Below the pieces are notes generated by a model. That model made no database searches, had not been told where the DNA came from, and worked only from the letters and a program-made list of their open reading frames with translations. Source: a virus (Duplodnaviria; Caudoviricetes). Taken from it: DNA of 53,138 nucleotides. The stretch's first letter is position 1, and each line of letters opens with the position of its first letter. The position numbers and the translations under genes were made by a program. The stretch spans positions 1 to 53,138 of the IMG/VR virus record IMGVR_UViG_3300032753_000038; one strand, written 5' to 3'. Shown here piece after piece: positions 28,001 through 36,875 of the stretch.

Positions 28001-31000
28001 CATCTAGCGCATGGGGTGCAGAGCACTTAGGCGAAACTTGGTGGGATTTCAGTTCAGTGAGGTATGTAAATTATGAAATTGGCGATGATAGCTACAGACG
28101 GCAAAATTGGGGCAAGATCGCTCCTGGTACCTCCATTAATGTTTACGAATGGGTACGAAGTCCTATATCGCCTTCAAATTGGGTTAATTATGTTGAAACA
28201 GGTCAAAGCTTCGCGCAATTTGGCATCAGTTATACCCCTTCCGGAACGTTAAGGAATTCATCAGATCCATCATGGTGTCAGATAAACGAATATGACTCAA
28301 ATGGAAATCTAAGTATTTGGTATTATTTCTGGGTAATGAATGCATATACATTACCTCTACCTACAGGTAGGAGTTTAACTACTCTTCAGATATCAAACAT
28401 ATTGTCTAATCCTTCTTCTGCAGGAATACCTTGGTTTGCGGCTATAGATGCTAACAACATTATTGTTTCTGGAGTATCATCTTACTTAAACGATAATGAT
28501 ACAGTAATGCAAATATTATACACCCAGAAACAAAATGATTCTAACGATCATAAACAGTGGCAATTGGTTAGGAGTGGGGATGCGAGCTGTGTTATAGACA
28601 ACTTCTTCTGGGGTAAGTTAAGGGACAGCTTAGTAGGTTTTGACGGATTTAACAATTCAGTGCCCGACATGAATTTGAGTACGTCTCAGCGCTATGGTAC
28701 TTTGATAAGACCAAGACAAAGTTGGTTTAAAAACAGGATACAAGCATTAGAGATATATGTAACTCAAGTAAACACCTTACTTAGCCAAGTTGTTATAAGA
28801 GATAATATTAACGTGTCTAGTTGGTCAACATATTTTAATGCTGCGGATCCAATACCAGCTCAGAGTGGAAATTATGATTATGTAGTATCTAGTGTTTCCA
28901 GTCTAAATGCATTAACACCTCAAAATGGTCAGAAGGCATTGGTTCTTCCAAACATATCAACTAATAATCTATGGATGATTTATCAGTTTGAATTTGCTTC
29001 TAATGTTTGGTATCCAATTTTAGTTCAAAAGTACAATACAACTAATTATTGGGATTATGTTGATTGGTATGATGCATCTAGTGGAGTTAGCAGTTCTACA
29101 ATACCAAACTACATTGTATCACAAGAACGCGATCTTAGTACCTTAACTCCGTCTACTGGAGATATAGCAAAAGTATTGAATAATGGTAACAATCTTTGGG
29201 AACTATGGCAATACAGCGGGTCAACTTGGACAAGAGTTGGTTTTCAGTCTGGAACTATACAACTATCAACTAGCTTATATGACGGATCTGCACCTACTAT
29301 AACTGAGTTTGACGAAGGTGGATTTGATTCTGCTGGATTTGATCTAACACCTACAATTGAACTTGCTAACATATTCAATGGTATACTGTATGCTATATTT
29401 GGCACTCCGATAGCCAGCAACACGGCAGAACTGAATACTATATTCTTTTCTATGATCAATTATGTCTTAGCTGAACAAGGATTTGTAGATTGGATATTTA
29501 AGACATCTCACATAGTATTGAATGGATTTAACAACCCTCTATATACAGGAGATCTATATCAGAGCGATAATATTGAAGATCTGTTAAGTTATATTGATGA
29601 AATTAGACCATATAGGAGTAAAATAAGACAGTTTATCAGTGGCAGGACTTCAAATGACAATGTTAACGTTACATCTACTGACTTTGACTTACCACCATAT
29701 AACGGCGAGATACTAGATGTTAAGGTTGCATCTGATGCTAATATCATAGCAAATACAACAAGTTTACAAGCTTGGTATAATAATTATCAGAGCAATCCAC
29801 AACTTATCAGAACACTTAAAACTACACTTGTTTTTGATAGAATAGCAAGCTATCCGCAAGGTTGGGATACCAATACGTGGGACTCTGTATCTTGGCAATA
29901 CGAAGGCGGATCATCTCCTGGCTACGGTGCTTGGGACAGAATTGCCGCATACTATCAGCCAACAGAAGGAATGATACCACTTGGAAGTGACGAACTCATA
30001 AGTGGAACTGCATTTAAAGGTGTGCTGTTAAGCGGTATTGGATTTAATATTGATATAGGATGGATGAACAGTGTATGGGATAGTGAACTTGGCTGGGACG
30101 CCGGCACTAATAACTTCCAATCTTACTTGGATCTCATAATACAAGGTGGTGTAAGCCCACTATATTCGAGCTATTATGGTGACGGTATCACAAAATCTTT
30201 TGATCTCAAACGAGTTCCTATAGATGTACCAAAAACAGTAGTTTGGAGTGATAATATTCTCAGAACTTATGGAGTCGATTGGATCATTCCAAATTGGGTA
30301 GTTGCAATTAACATAATGTCTAGAGGTGCGGGATATCAAGTAGGAGATATTTTATTCCTTGATATTCAACCTTCTGTAGAAGCTGCGCAACTAGCTGTAA
30401 CAGAAGTTGATTCAAACGGCGGGCTTGTATCTGTTGCTATAGTAAGCGGCGGTAATTATGATATAGTACCAAGTGGCACAGTTAGTGTTATATATAGTAG
30501 CAACTATCAGGGATCAGGATCATCTGCTGTGGTACAACCAGTATGGGGAGGTTCTACATTAGTATTCAAGACGCCTCCTAGTAGTTCTAGCACGTTGTCT
30601 ATATTTGTTCTGTTCAGTGGAGAGACTTTTGAACCTGCACCGGCTGGTTACGGAGATATGATTACTGACGGATATTCGTTTGTACAACCAACTGTAGCTG
30701 ATGATCATGCAGAAGAATTATTCAATGCCAAATTGATTAATTCATTGAGATTGGATGTCTATACAGCAGCAGTTGGTGGAAGACCTTCGATATATATTAG
30801 ATCGTATATAACTGATGGAATAACTGATCAATTTGATCTAGGTTTGAAACCGCAAGATGTTAATAGCGTTATTGCAACTCTAAACGGCAATTTACTAACC
30901 TATGGTATAAACAATGACTATGTTATAAATTTCTATACGAATAAATTGGTATTCATTATACCTCCGCCTGCGTCTGGAAAATTACAAATATTCACTATAG

Positions 31001-33171
31001 GTACCGGTGGCACAGGATTTGGAATATCAGTTCCATTTGTAGTTGACCCTGGTTCTAATTATAATATTGGCGATACTATTACAATGGCGGGAAATTTTAT
31101 TTATCCTCCTGTAATAACTGTAACAGGTGTTAAGGCTTCAAGTATAACAATATCATCGCCTGGTACAAAATATACAGTTGGTGATCAATTGATACTGATT
31201 GATGACTATCAAACAATAGAAACATCACAAATTGCACTTCAAGTAACAAAAATAGACGGATTTACTGGTGCTATAATTTCTGCAGAAATACTAAATTCTG
31301 GAAATTATACTGTAAAACCATTAGTTACAACCTGGAGCACGTCAAGCAATGGCAATGGTGCAATAATATTAATTAATTGGGGTGTATCAACACTATCCGT
31401 AAATGATCCTGGTTTATGTGCAATAAAACAGTTTGGATATATAACTCAATCAAGTACAACAGGGTCTGGAACAGGATTAGTAATTGGTGCTAACTACAGC
31501 GATACACTTGGTACAGCAGTGTTCAAAGGTGACGGATCAAATCAAATATTTCCGGTTACATTCCCTCTTACAACCACTGATAAACTTTTGGTAACAGTAG
31601 ATGGTATTATACAAGGGTTTAACAATGTTTCTATTGATCAATTAAATGTTGTAATATATCCGCCGCCTGCACTTAATTCAACTGTTGTTATAACAAGTTT
31701 TAACACAAATAATTTTAGCACAGTTTATGAACAGGAATTTTTAGTAGAAAGCGGCGTTAACCATTTTGAATTACAATATACTCCGGGTAGTAGTTTACCA
31801 CAATATAATAGTATGCTGGTTATCAAAAATGGGTTAGTGTTGAATCCTCCTCCTATGAATAATTTTGTAGCAAATGGCGAAGAGACTATATTCTCTCTAA
31901 ACTTTACACCACCGCCCGACTATCCTAGAGATTTTTATGTTTATGTAGATGACCTAGAGTTAACTAGAGATGTTGATTATACGGTTACAAATGATACGTT
32001 TGTTTTACAAACAACACCGCCAGCTGGATCTAAAATAACTGCTGTATTGACTAATTTAAACCATGGATTTGATTACGATATAGAGCAAGGTAATTTATTA
32101 TTTGTACCAAATGCAGTTGCGGGAGATGACATCAAAGTGTTCACTTTTTATCAGGATGTCAGCTATGGATGGACGACAGACACTTTTGTAGGAAACTCAA
32201 CCGGTGTTTACATATTGTCAGATCTTGCAAGTGATTCAAATAGTGTTATGGTCTTTGTTAACGGAAAAATGAATAATTTGATGTGGGATTATTTAATTAA
32301 TAGAGAAATAATGTATTTTTCTTGGGATTATAATGGTTGGGATACAGTTGGATGGCAAGGATCAGAATTAGTCTCCTCTGTAAACTTCAATGATGCTTCA
32401 ATTCCTCCAATTGGTAGTAATGTAGTTGTAACTTATGCAACAGGTCTACAAAATCAACCAGCTATTGCATGGAGAACATTAATAGATGCAAGTGGTACAT
32501 CTAGCACAACAGCTATAGATGATGCAAGAAAAACTGTATTGTTGAGCAATGTTTATGTGTATAGCAATGAGATAGAAATAGCCGATATGACACTGATCAG
32601 TCCTGCACCTGGATCAATTTGGATTGATAATGAGTTGATTGCATACTTTTCATTAATGCCTGCGGGAACTGATCAATATCCAAATAGAGGTATCATTAGT
32701 ATGCTTAGAAGAGGTGAAAGAGGTACTAGTGATCTACCATCTGCAGCATACAATACTCTGTACTATAATGGAGACGGATCAAACGTATATTTTCCAGCAC
32801 AATCTGGTACACAGCCATTGGCTGAAACTGTATTTGTAGACGGTATGATACAGATTAACACCTCTATAAATCTTGATATTGGAACATATACTTCGGTAAT
32901 AGATCCAAATGGGTTGCCTGCTGGTGGATATATAGTATTTGAACAAGATAGTATACCCCCAATTGGATATAAAAACGTTAGGATAACAAGTTTGAACACC
33001 GAAGCAGAAAACACAACTCCTGTACATCTAAACGGTGTCGAAGTTATCGATGCAGGAACTTTTGTTAATTTGCCTGGTGGTTATCAATGGGAATCTGCAT
33101 CACAAGGTCTACAATATAGTACAAGTGATCAAGCTAAATTTCTCTTAAATCACAGCGGTACAAGGAGCTAA
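22078..33171 (+). CDS. Giant (~3697 aa) baseplate wedge/structural protein (gp7-like position)
   Basis: One uninterrupted ORF overlapping the gp6 stop. Beta-rich, with repeated GDG....F and G.(G/N/K)Y..GD modules and W/F-D pentapeptide repeats. Confidence 0.7.
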   Translation: MADTKRRVIDLLPVVNQTETLTKFFAATLDNLMQPESVEFITAYIGNKPSWYNPSTDFYVNEPTTDRATYQLPVSAVSVNTLSGMVNNIMFYDDILNQLSFQGANTNNHSRLFDQEYYSWAPPIDIDKLINYTKYIWLPDGPDTITLLNPTDYSNEIYNNTQYTYTGAFRYDSTGLIVNGSLTFTNGLAIILSDDAISSNNNTKWYIEGVGTGISFVLDRTLSNPGWDVYTWNTANWDGDDTANDKIYCTIARNSIDKNQWSLANRWFHQDILSISNTVITDQSTLRANRPIIEFSKDIMLYDYGWYGRSSVYMVIDNISDVFGTIVGQSSFTYDGIKLVDGMRILVLNDTTNTPVNNRVYTVDGLTQYGSIQLVLAKDGQNADGSPAVGDRLTVQYGKYEGKNLWFNNLKVWRSTGQQYQSPFVPLFDAYDVNGNSFSNPVVYPNSNFSGNAVFGYTNDVNNSPYDSVLDLNPQRDSFGSFVFTNYLATASITYIVNNKTIDYNGYVFYNIKNSFDSSNWIYGNSWHKAKAPSRQYIINDFLNIVVPSSTTPMVFNIDQLPAEYETGTLPTIHVYLTRNQTESELINSVDYFTSVNQLTGQPQVTIAAGTLITGDRITIRTWNSTTPSNITGYYELPLNLTANPNNKEIETISQSQLLPHFLQLMSNQYGFAGNTISTNNYRDTAQDLSLGETILQHRAPLLKTMLLNSGNVATGPLSTVSNTDPMMAMQYAQREYTRFYSKFIRALLNLNKNGYTLGNSTSDWINKVLSQINVGKTQSNPWANSGYDTVQASYTFQQAINPTYIPPTATRLGMAPAFQPGVYLSGENIVIETHDGSRIIMEDDQGNPLGTISSGYSYTDEPNLLTNPVARVWLQFELNLFNDMPDRYQNAEATLAFDVRTITPGKWRTGDYTQSEYISILQPMFDKWVINNQVDFTANTTFDLNDQFSWNYSKQYDKQGLPVPGNWRGIYNWFYDTDRPHTHPWEMLGFSQKPSWWDTQYGLAPYTSGNTAMWSDLRDGIIRQGPRAGTYSEWARPGLLSCIPVDSQGNLLAPLYSGTVSSLPSVIQARAEWVFGDGSPIESVWRHSQDFNFVIAEMSYLMKPARFIEYNWDTLRTQEIFTGTAETQWIYLDTNSRRSSNQFYVQRENPSTIGQGINIPNETTLTYYQSGGLQHWISEFLISNSVNVTSYFGNIIRGGQPRLSHKVGAFINSNTDLRVTSDSFGTIGYKSSLIPSENINVYLYRSASIGSNFYGGVIVKQVSGGWQVFGYDGISQKFTVIPSNLTGAKSTLTLGNVVVTQYKIGQIQNGVPVINTIPYGTTFTSLQQVYDFLISYGRYQTSQGWIFDNFNNANNTMTDWTQSASDFVYWSQTNWADGNFIALSPLADQAEFTQEFGNIEFINGIVGGTYPVVDRAGNPIDSNNLEILRYDSDIVVRSLNEQSIYGLRLFSTTLEHVMIFDNQTSFGDTIYDDLYNIAQQRLKLYAYKTNDWTGRLDAPGYFLYQNPVDNTWSMISNFEKTANDFRKYFNIDQPKNADSIDVISGNVTTVTSQNSVIDRSDIADLAKHMFGYQQRTYLEDLIFEDSTEFQFYQGFIKQKGTTSALTAITRNINIIPIEESFEYYEEFALRLGRYGSFALNTNIDFELPQQEFETDPQQITVFGSLHSNREENGVITFIQGDDRFVVPPVSWNMNRFALRNYLGPNYVTDLPNSGYIELGELTWTVGNISALTTLYYNNALDITQHVGNSQVADGDTIWQTTDPNIGWTAWEFNKSPANILYTLPSDGAPTTTIQCDSPHGLYDGDLVTLDNIGNVGLLNTVTYTIGNVDSTGTMFTVPDVTYTPGTGGVVYAYRPIRFATPELRDSNPPLGGWKPGDLAFVDQGDVGVNGWTVYRRNSTGWNAIRTENYKVDSSLILSAKLYSQSNFNILATLSYYDPAKGVIPGLADVGLTYKGSVDPAKYNQGDTSVYSLNPSSAWGAEHLGETWWDFSSVRYVNYEIGDDSYRRQNWGKIAPGTSINVYEWVRSPISPSNWVNYVETGQSFAQFGISYTPSGTLRNSSDPSWCQINEYDSNGNLSIWYYFWVMNAYTLPLPTGRSLTTLQISNILSNPSSAGIPWFAAIDANNIIVSGVSSYLNDNDTVMQILYTQKQNDSNDHKQWQLVRSGDASCVIDNFFWGKLRDSLVGFDGFNNSVPDMNLSTSQRYGTLIRPRQSWFKNRIQALEIYVTQVNTLLSQVVIRDNINVSSWSTYFNAADPIPAQSGNYDYVVSSVSSLNALTPQNGQKALVLPNISTNNLWMIYQFEFASNVWYPILVQKYNTTNYWDYVDWYDASSGVSSSTIPNYIVSQERDLSTLTPSTGDIAKVLNNGNNLWELWQYSGSTWTRVGFQSGTIQLSTSLYDGSAPTITEFDEGGFDSAGFDLTPTIELANIFNGILYAIFGTPIASNTAELNTIFFSMINYVLAEQGFVDWIFKTSHIVLNGFNNPLYTGDLYQSDNIEDLLSYIDEIRPYRSKIRQFISGRTSNDNVNVTSTDFDLPPYNGEILDVKVASDANIIANTTSLQAWYNNYQSNPQLIRTLKTTLVFDRIASYPQGWDTNTWDSVSWQYEGGSSPGYGAWDRIAAYYQPTEGMIPLGSDELISGTAFKGVLLSGIGFNIDIGWMNSVWDSELGWDAGTNNFQSYLDLIIQGGVSPLYSSYYGDGITKSFDLKRVPIDVPKTVVWSDNILRTYGVDWIIPNWVVAINIMSRGAGYQVGDILFLDIQPSVEAAQLAVTEVDSNGGLVSVAIVSGGNYDIVPSGTVSVIYSSNYQGSGSSAVVQPVWGGSTLVFKTPPSSSSTLSIFVLFSGETFEPAPAGYGDMITDGYSFVQPTVADDHAEELFNAKLINSLRLDVYTAAVGGRPSIYIRSYITDGITDQFDLGLKPQDVNSVIATLNGNLLTYGINNDYVINFYTNKLVFIIPPPASGKLQIFTIGTGGTGFGISVPFVVDPGSNYNIGDTITMAGNFIYPPVITVTGVKASSITISSPGTKYTVGDQLILIDDYQTIETSQIALQVTKIDGFTGAIISAEILNSGNYTVKPLVTTWSTSSNGNGAIILINWGVSTLSVNDPGLCAIKQFGYITQSSTTGSGTGLVIGANYSDTLGTAVFKGDGSNQIFPVTFPLTTTDKLLVTVDGIIQGFNNVSIDQLNVVIYPPPALNSTVVITSFNTNNFSTVYEQEFLVESGVNHFELQYTPGSSLPQYNSMLVIKNGLVLNPPPMNNFVANGEETIFSLNFTPPPDYPRDFYVYVDDLELTRDVDYTVTNDTFVLQTTPPAGSKITAVLTNLNHGFDYDIEQGNLLFVPNAVAGDDIKVFTFYQDVSYGWTTDTFVGNSTGVYILSDLASDSNSVMVFVNGKMNNLMWDYLINREIMYFSWDYNGWDTVGWQGSELVSSVNFNDASIPPIGSNVVVTYATGLQNQPAIAWRTLIDASGTSSTTAIDDARKTVLLSNVYVYSNEIEIADMTLISPAPGSIWIDNELIAYFSLMPAGTDQYPNRGIISMLRRGERGTSDLPSAAYNTLYYNGDGSNVYFPAQSGTQPLAETVFVDGMIQINTSINLDIGTYTSVIDPNGLPAGGYIVFEQDSIPPIGYKNVRITSLNTEAENTTPVHLNGVEVIDAGTFVNLPGGYQWESASQGLQYSTSDQAKFLLNHSGTRS

Positions 33172-33178
33172 ATAACTC

Positions 33179-33322
33179 ATGACTGAATCATCAACCAACG
33201 AAACTGAAAAGAAGGTAGAGGACACAACTCTACCAGATGAAAACATGCACCTGTTTGTATATGGTAGCATTGTGATTAAAGATGTAGAAACTGGTTCTGT
33301 ATTAGTCAAGAAGAGTTTTTGA
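33179..33322 (+). CDS. Small 47-aa protein similar to the N-terminus of the next gene
   Basis: MTESSTNETEKKVEDTTLPDENMHLFVYGSIVIKDVETGSVLVKKSF. Preceded by TAAATA at 33169-33174. TGATG coupling to the next ORF. Confidence 0.7.
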   Translation: MTESSTNETEKKVEDTTLPDENMHLFVYGSIVIKDVETGSVLVKKSF

Positions 33323-33927
33323 TGGACGCGAGTGCAATGGAATCTGATCACAGACAACATATAACAGGGCATGTTTTGATAAAGGACGTTGAGACTGGTA
33401 AGATACTTGTTGACAAGTTTAATGCTATTAATTATGAGAACTTTTCAATCAGCCTTGCTAGAACACTTGCCAATCGTCCAGATAGTTGGATACAAGAAAT
33501 GGTATTTGGCAACGGAGGTGCCAGTGTCAGTGAGATAGGTACAATAACGTATCTTCCACCTAATACTGTTGGTATGTCAGCAGAATTATATAATGAAACA
33601 TATGTTAAAGTTGTTAATGATCAAAGTCCATTAAATGTTAATCCATCTGAGAATTATATACAATTTGCGCATAGTGCTGGTAGCACATTCAGCGATGTTA
33701 TAGTTACATGTACATTAGATCTAGGTGAACCTTCTGGGCAAGATGCATTTGATACCGCTACTAGCATAACTGGTACTTATGTATTCAATGAACTTGGATT
33801 AAAAGCATATAGCAGCACTGGACCAGATACTGGCAGTTTGATATCTCATGTCATCTTTAGTCCTGTACAGAAAAGCCTTAATAGGCAGATTCAAATAGTT
33901 TACACGATTAGGATACAGACGGTGTGA
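33322..33927 (+). CDS. Virion structural protein (baseplate/fibre attachment; gp8-like position)
   Basis: GHVLIKD..TG, FGNGG, YVFNELGL and SHVIFSPVQKSLNRQIQIVYTIRI. Located in the tail operon. Confidence 0.6.
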   Translation: MDASAMESDHRQHITGHVLIKDVETGKILVDKFNAINYENFSISLARTLANRPDSWIQEMVFGNGGASVSEIGTITYLPPNTVGMSAELYNETYVKVVNDQSPLNVNPSENYIQFAHSAGSTFSDVIVTCTLDLGEPSGQDAFDTATSITGTYVFNELGLKAYSSTGPDTGSLISHVIFSPVQKSLNRQIQIVYTIRIQTV

Positions 33928-33934
33928 TATTGAA

Positions 33935-33942
33935 TATAAATA
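33935..33942 (+). promoter_or_regulatory. T4-type late promoter TATAAATA
   Basis: Exact consensus 31 nt upstream of the ATG at 33974, with an AGGA SD in between. Confidence 0.7.
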
Positions 33943-33973
33943 ATCTACTTACATTATAGCAGGACAAATCGAT

Positions 33974-35458
33974 ATGGCCACTAACATCTACAATTTCAAT
34001 GGAACGCTGTTAACAACAGTAGCAGATGGTACTATTGATACCACACATAGTACACTGAAGTTCCCAGGTAAAGGTTATCAGAATTATGGCGAGCCGGTTT
34101 TAGAGGACGTCCTTTGGACGATGACAAATTTTGCCGGTGCCAATACACCGGCATTACCTCTTACTGGACAAGCATGGTTCAACACAAATACAAATGTGTT
34201 AAACATATATAATGGTACTACGTGGCAGGCAGCAGGTGGCGTATTGGTATCTGCTACAAAACCTTCATCAGGAAGCAACGTTGGTGCATTTTGGTATGAC
34301 AGTGTAAATCTTCAGCTTTATGTTTGGGATGGAACTACATGGGATTTAGTGGGACCGTTAGGTAGTGCAATTAATGGAGATCCTGTCACAAATGGTACAA
34401 TACCAACATTCTCGCAGATAGACTCTTCTAAAATATCAGACGGTTATGCTACTCATCAAGTGTGGAGATTGACGATAGGCGGAGTGTTGTTTGCTATTAT
34501 TAGCAAAGATCCTGCGTTTACTCCTAATCCAGGTATATCTGGATTTACTCAGATACTTCCCGGAATAAACTTCAATACAAATATACCAGGAGTTGGGTTA
34601 AACGGCGATTCTACTACGTTTAAGAGTACTCAAACCAATTTACCGATATCTGACAACACTTACAACTTAGGAAGTTCTAGCAATAGGTTTTCAAGTATAT
34701 ATGGATTAAACGGTTCATTTGGAACTTCTATGACCGTTGGTAATTTGTTATCTGGTGGATATACATTCCACGTTACAGGTAGTAGTTACTTTAATGGTCC
34801 TGTTTCATTTAGTGGCGGATCACTTAGTTCTGCACCTATAACGTTATCAAAGGGATCATTATTATCTACTCCTGTATTAGGAGCGTTAGAATTTGACGGT
34901 AACTATCTATACATTACGATCAATGAGAACAATGCAGTTACTCGTGCTACTGTATTAGCAGGCACGGCTGCCGGTAACGTACAAGCTATACCAAATACTC
35001 TAGCATTACGCGACCAGTATGCAAGCATATATGGTAATTTGTTTGTAGGAACTGCAACTAGCGCATTATATGCTGACGTTGCTGAAAGATATGCTACTGA
35101 CACAACAGTCTATCCAGGTGATGTAGTTGTGATTGGCGGCGAAAAAGAGATAACAACTACTACACTTAGCTATGATCCAACGGTATTTGGCGTCATATCA
35201 ACTAACCCTGCAGTGAGAATGAACGAGTCTGCTGGTACGGATGAAACCCATCCATTTGTAGCATTGGTAGGTAGAGTACCTTGTAAGGTTATTGGAAAGG
35301 TTATGAAAGGCCAGCGATTGGTAACAAGTAGTCAAGCTGGTGTTGCAATGGCTGCAATGGAAACTGATAAACCATATACAGCGTTTGCTAGATCTCTAGT
35401 CAACAAGGAAACTGAAGGCATTGAATTGATAGAAGTGGTGCTACTAGGAAAGGCCTAA
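33974..35458 (+). CDS. Tail fibre/baseplate protein with a C-terminal intramolecular-chaperone-like domain
   Basis: Two G..W(F/Y)......L.(I/V)(Y/W).GT.W repeats. C-terminal ATSALYADVAERY...PGDVV...GVIST.P...VALVGRVPCKV. Confidence 0.7.
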   Translation: MATNIYNFNGTLLTTVADGTIDTTHSTLKFPGKGYQNYGEPVLEDVLWTMTNFAGANTPALPLTGQAWFNTNTNVLNIYNGTTWQAAGGVLVSATKPSSGSNVGAFWYDSVNLQLYVWDGTTWDLVGPLGSAINGDPVTNGTIPTFSQIDSSKISDGYATHQVWRLTIGGVLFAIISKDPAFTPNPGISGFTQILPGINFNTNIPGVGLNGDSTTFKSTQTNLPISDNTYNLGSSSNRFSSIYGLNGSFGTSMTVGNLLSGGYTFHVTGSSYFNGPVSFSGGSLSSAPITLSKGSLLSTPVLGALEFDGNYLYITINENNAVTRATVLAGTAAGNVQAIPNTLALRDQYASIYGNLFVGTATSALYADVAERYATDTTVYPGDVVVIGGEKEITTTTLSYDPTVFGVISTNPAVRMNESAGTDETHPFVALVGRVPCKVIGKVMKGQRLVTSSQAGVAMAAMETDKPYTAFARSLVNKETEGIELIEVVLLGKA

Positions 35459-35462
35459 ATAA

Positions 35463-36440
35463 ATGACTTATACCGTCGGCCAAAAAGCACTAGCATCAGA
35501 CTACATGTCGTTTAGAGGTTCTAGTAACGTCTCAGTTGCATATAGCAATTCAACAGTTGCTACAAATGCCCTTGCGGCATTAATAGGTGTTGGATATGGA
35601 GATAGGGGATATGGACAAGGAAATGTCATACTTCCTGAAAGAAACACAGGCGATCTAATACAGGCATCAGATTGGGATTATCTGCGTGCAGTTGTAAACA
35701 CTATAAACATACATACAGGCAGTTTGGTTCCAATAGAACCAAACTCTATACCAGGTACACCTATAATTTCATTTGATGGCAGCAATAGTCGTGTCATATT
35801 GAGCGATATAATTGCCAATTTAGACAGCAATAGATTTAATTCAAATGTCACAGAAATGACATTGACTAACGTTCTTAACAGCGTTAGGACTAGCAGTTGG
35901 ACTAATGTTATTGAGCCCATGCATGAGTTTACAGTTGATTTAGGAACTGAAGACGCTGCAAGATTTTTCTTTAATAGCGGCGGACAGATATGGGTTTCTG
36001 GAACTATGGTAAGTAACTTTCCTGGCGAAGTTAATGGTGCTATAAGGAAAATGCTGTCTCAGATGGGTACAGTAATGATGGGTGCTACTGCTACGACTTA
36101 TACAGGAACAGGCGGCACAACATCGGCTATTGGTTACTATGGGCTACCAGTATCAAACACATTTCAGGTTTTATTTACGCATGGTGGATTAAGCACATAT
36201 TATTATCCTAACATCAGCTATACACTACAAGCCAGGGCAGAGAACTATACCGGTCTTAACGGGGCCAACGGTAGCTTATTGAGATTTCAAGCAATATTCA
36301 GTTTAGATGGTTATTCTAGCGGCACATATACCCCAACTGCATCAGGAACCCTAACACATAGTGTTAATTGCTATAGGTCAAATAATCTCGTTACAGTGCC
36401 ATTGCCAATTTTTAATACTACAATTGGTATAGGTCCTTGA
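35463..36440 (+). CDS. Putative virion structural (tail-associated) protein
   Basis: Ser/Thr/Gly-rich, with GYGQ and ARFFFNSGGQI motifs. Follows the fibre gene. Confidence 0.55.
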   Translation: MTYTVGQKALASDYMSFRGSSNVSVAYSNSTVATNALAALIGVGYGDRGYGQGNVILPERNTGDLIQASDWDYLRAVVNTINIHTGSLVPIEPNSIPGTPIISFDGSNSRVILSDIIANLDSNRFNSNVTEMTLTNVLNSVRTSSWTNVIEPMHEFTVDLGTEDAARFFFNSGGQIWVSGTMVSNFPGEVNGAIRKMLSQMGTVMMGATATTYTGTGGTTSAIGYYGLPVSNTFQVLFTHGGLSTYYYPNISYTLQARAENYTGLNGANGSLLRFQAIFSLDGYSSGTYTPTASGTLTHSVNCYRSNNLVTVPLPIFNTTIGIGP

Positions 36441-36514
36441 TACTGCCTACATTTAATTGACTTGGTATCAAATCTAAACAATACTAATCTATATAAATTA
36501 GATTGGGTATTGCT

Positions 36515-36874
36515 ATGGATGAAAGACTTAAGAAAGCTTTAGACTTCTCAAATTATCGTATTAGTTTGTTCAACCGCAAGGAAGAAATAAAGACTAAAGT
36601 CAACACCATGTTGACCTACAGTTTTAACGGTGGTATCTTTAAGATAACTCCCGAACTCGTTAGCTTTACTAAGCTAGTTATAGATAGTGGTAAGACAAAT
36701 GTTGTATTAATTGACTCAAATTCAAATCCCATAATGATCGATAACGTTGAAAAATTCTTCTCTGATATCTTCAGTAGATATTTTGAAACTACAAACTATT
36801 ACAATACAGAATATTCTACCCTCAAAAAAGCTAGGACAGTATCTAGTATATATGATTTTACAGATGAGCAGTAA
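36515..36874 (+). CDS. Hypothetical protein (MDERLKKALDFSNYR)
   Basis: ATG at 36515 within the tracked ORF. Possible upstream promoter TTGACT-17-AATACT at 36457-36485. Confidence 0.65.
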   Translation: MDERLKKALDFSNYRISLFNRKEEIKTKVNTMLTYSFNGGIFKITPELVSFTKLVIDSGKTNVVLIDSNSNPIMIDNVEKFFSDIFSRYFETTNYYNTEYSTLKKARTVSSIYDFTDEQ

Positions 36875-36875
36875 T

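Noticed and set aside
13010-35920. Short alternative-frame and antisense ORFs within the baseplate and tail genes
   Set aside because: They are fully nested in long, motif-supported structural genes and have no independent signals.
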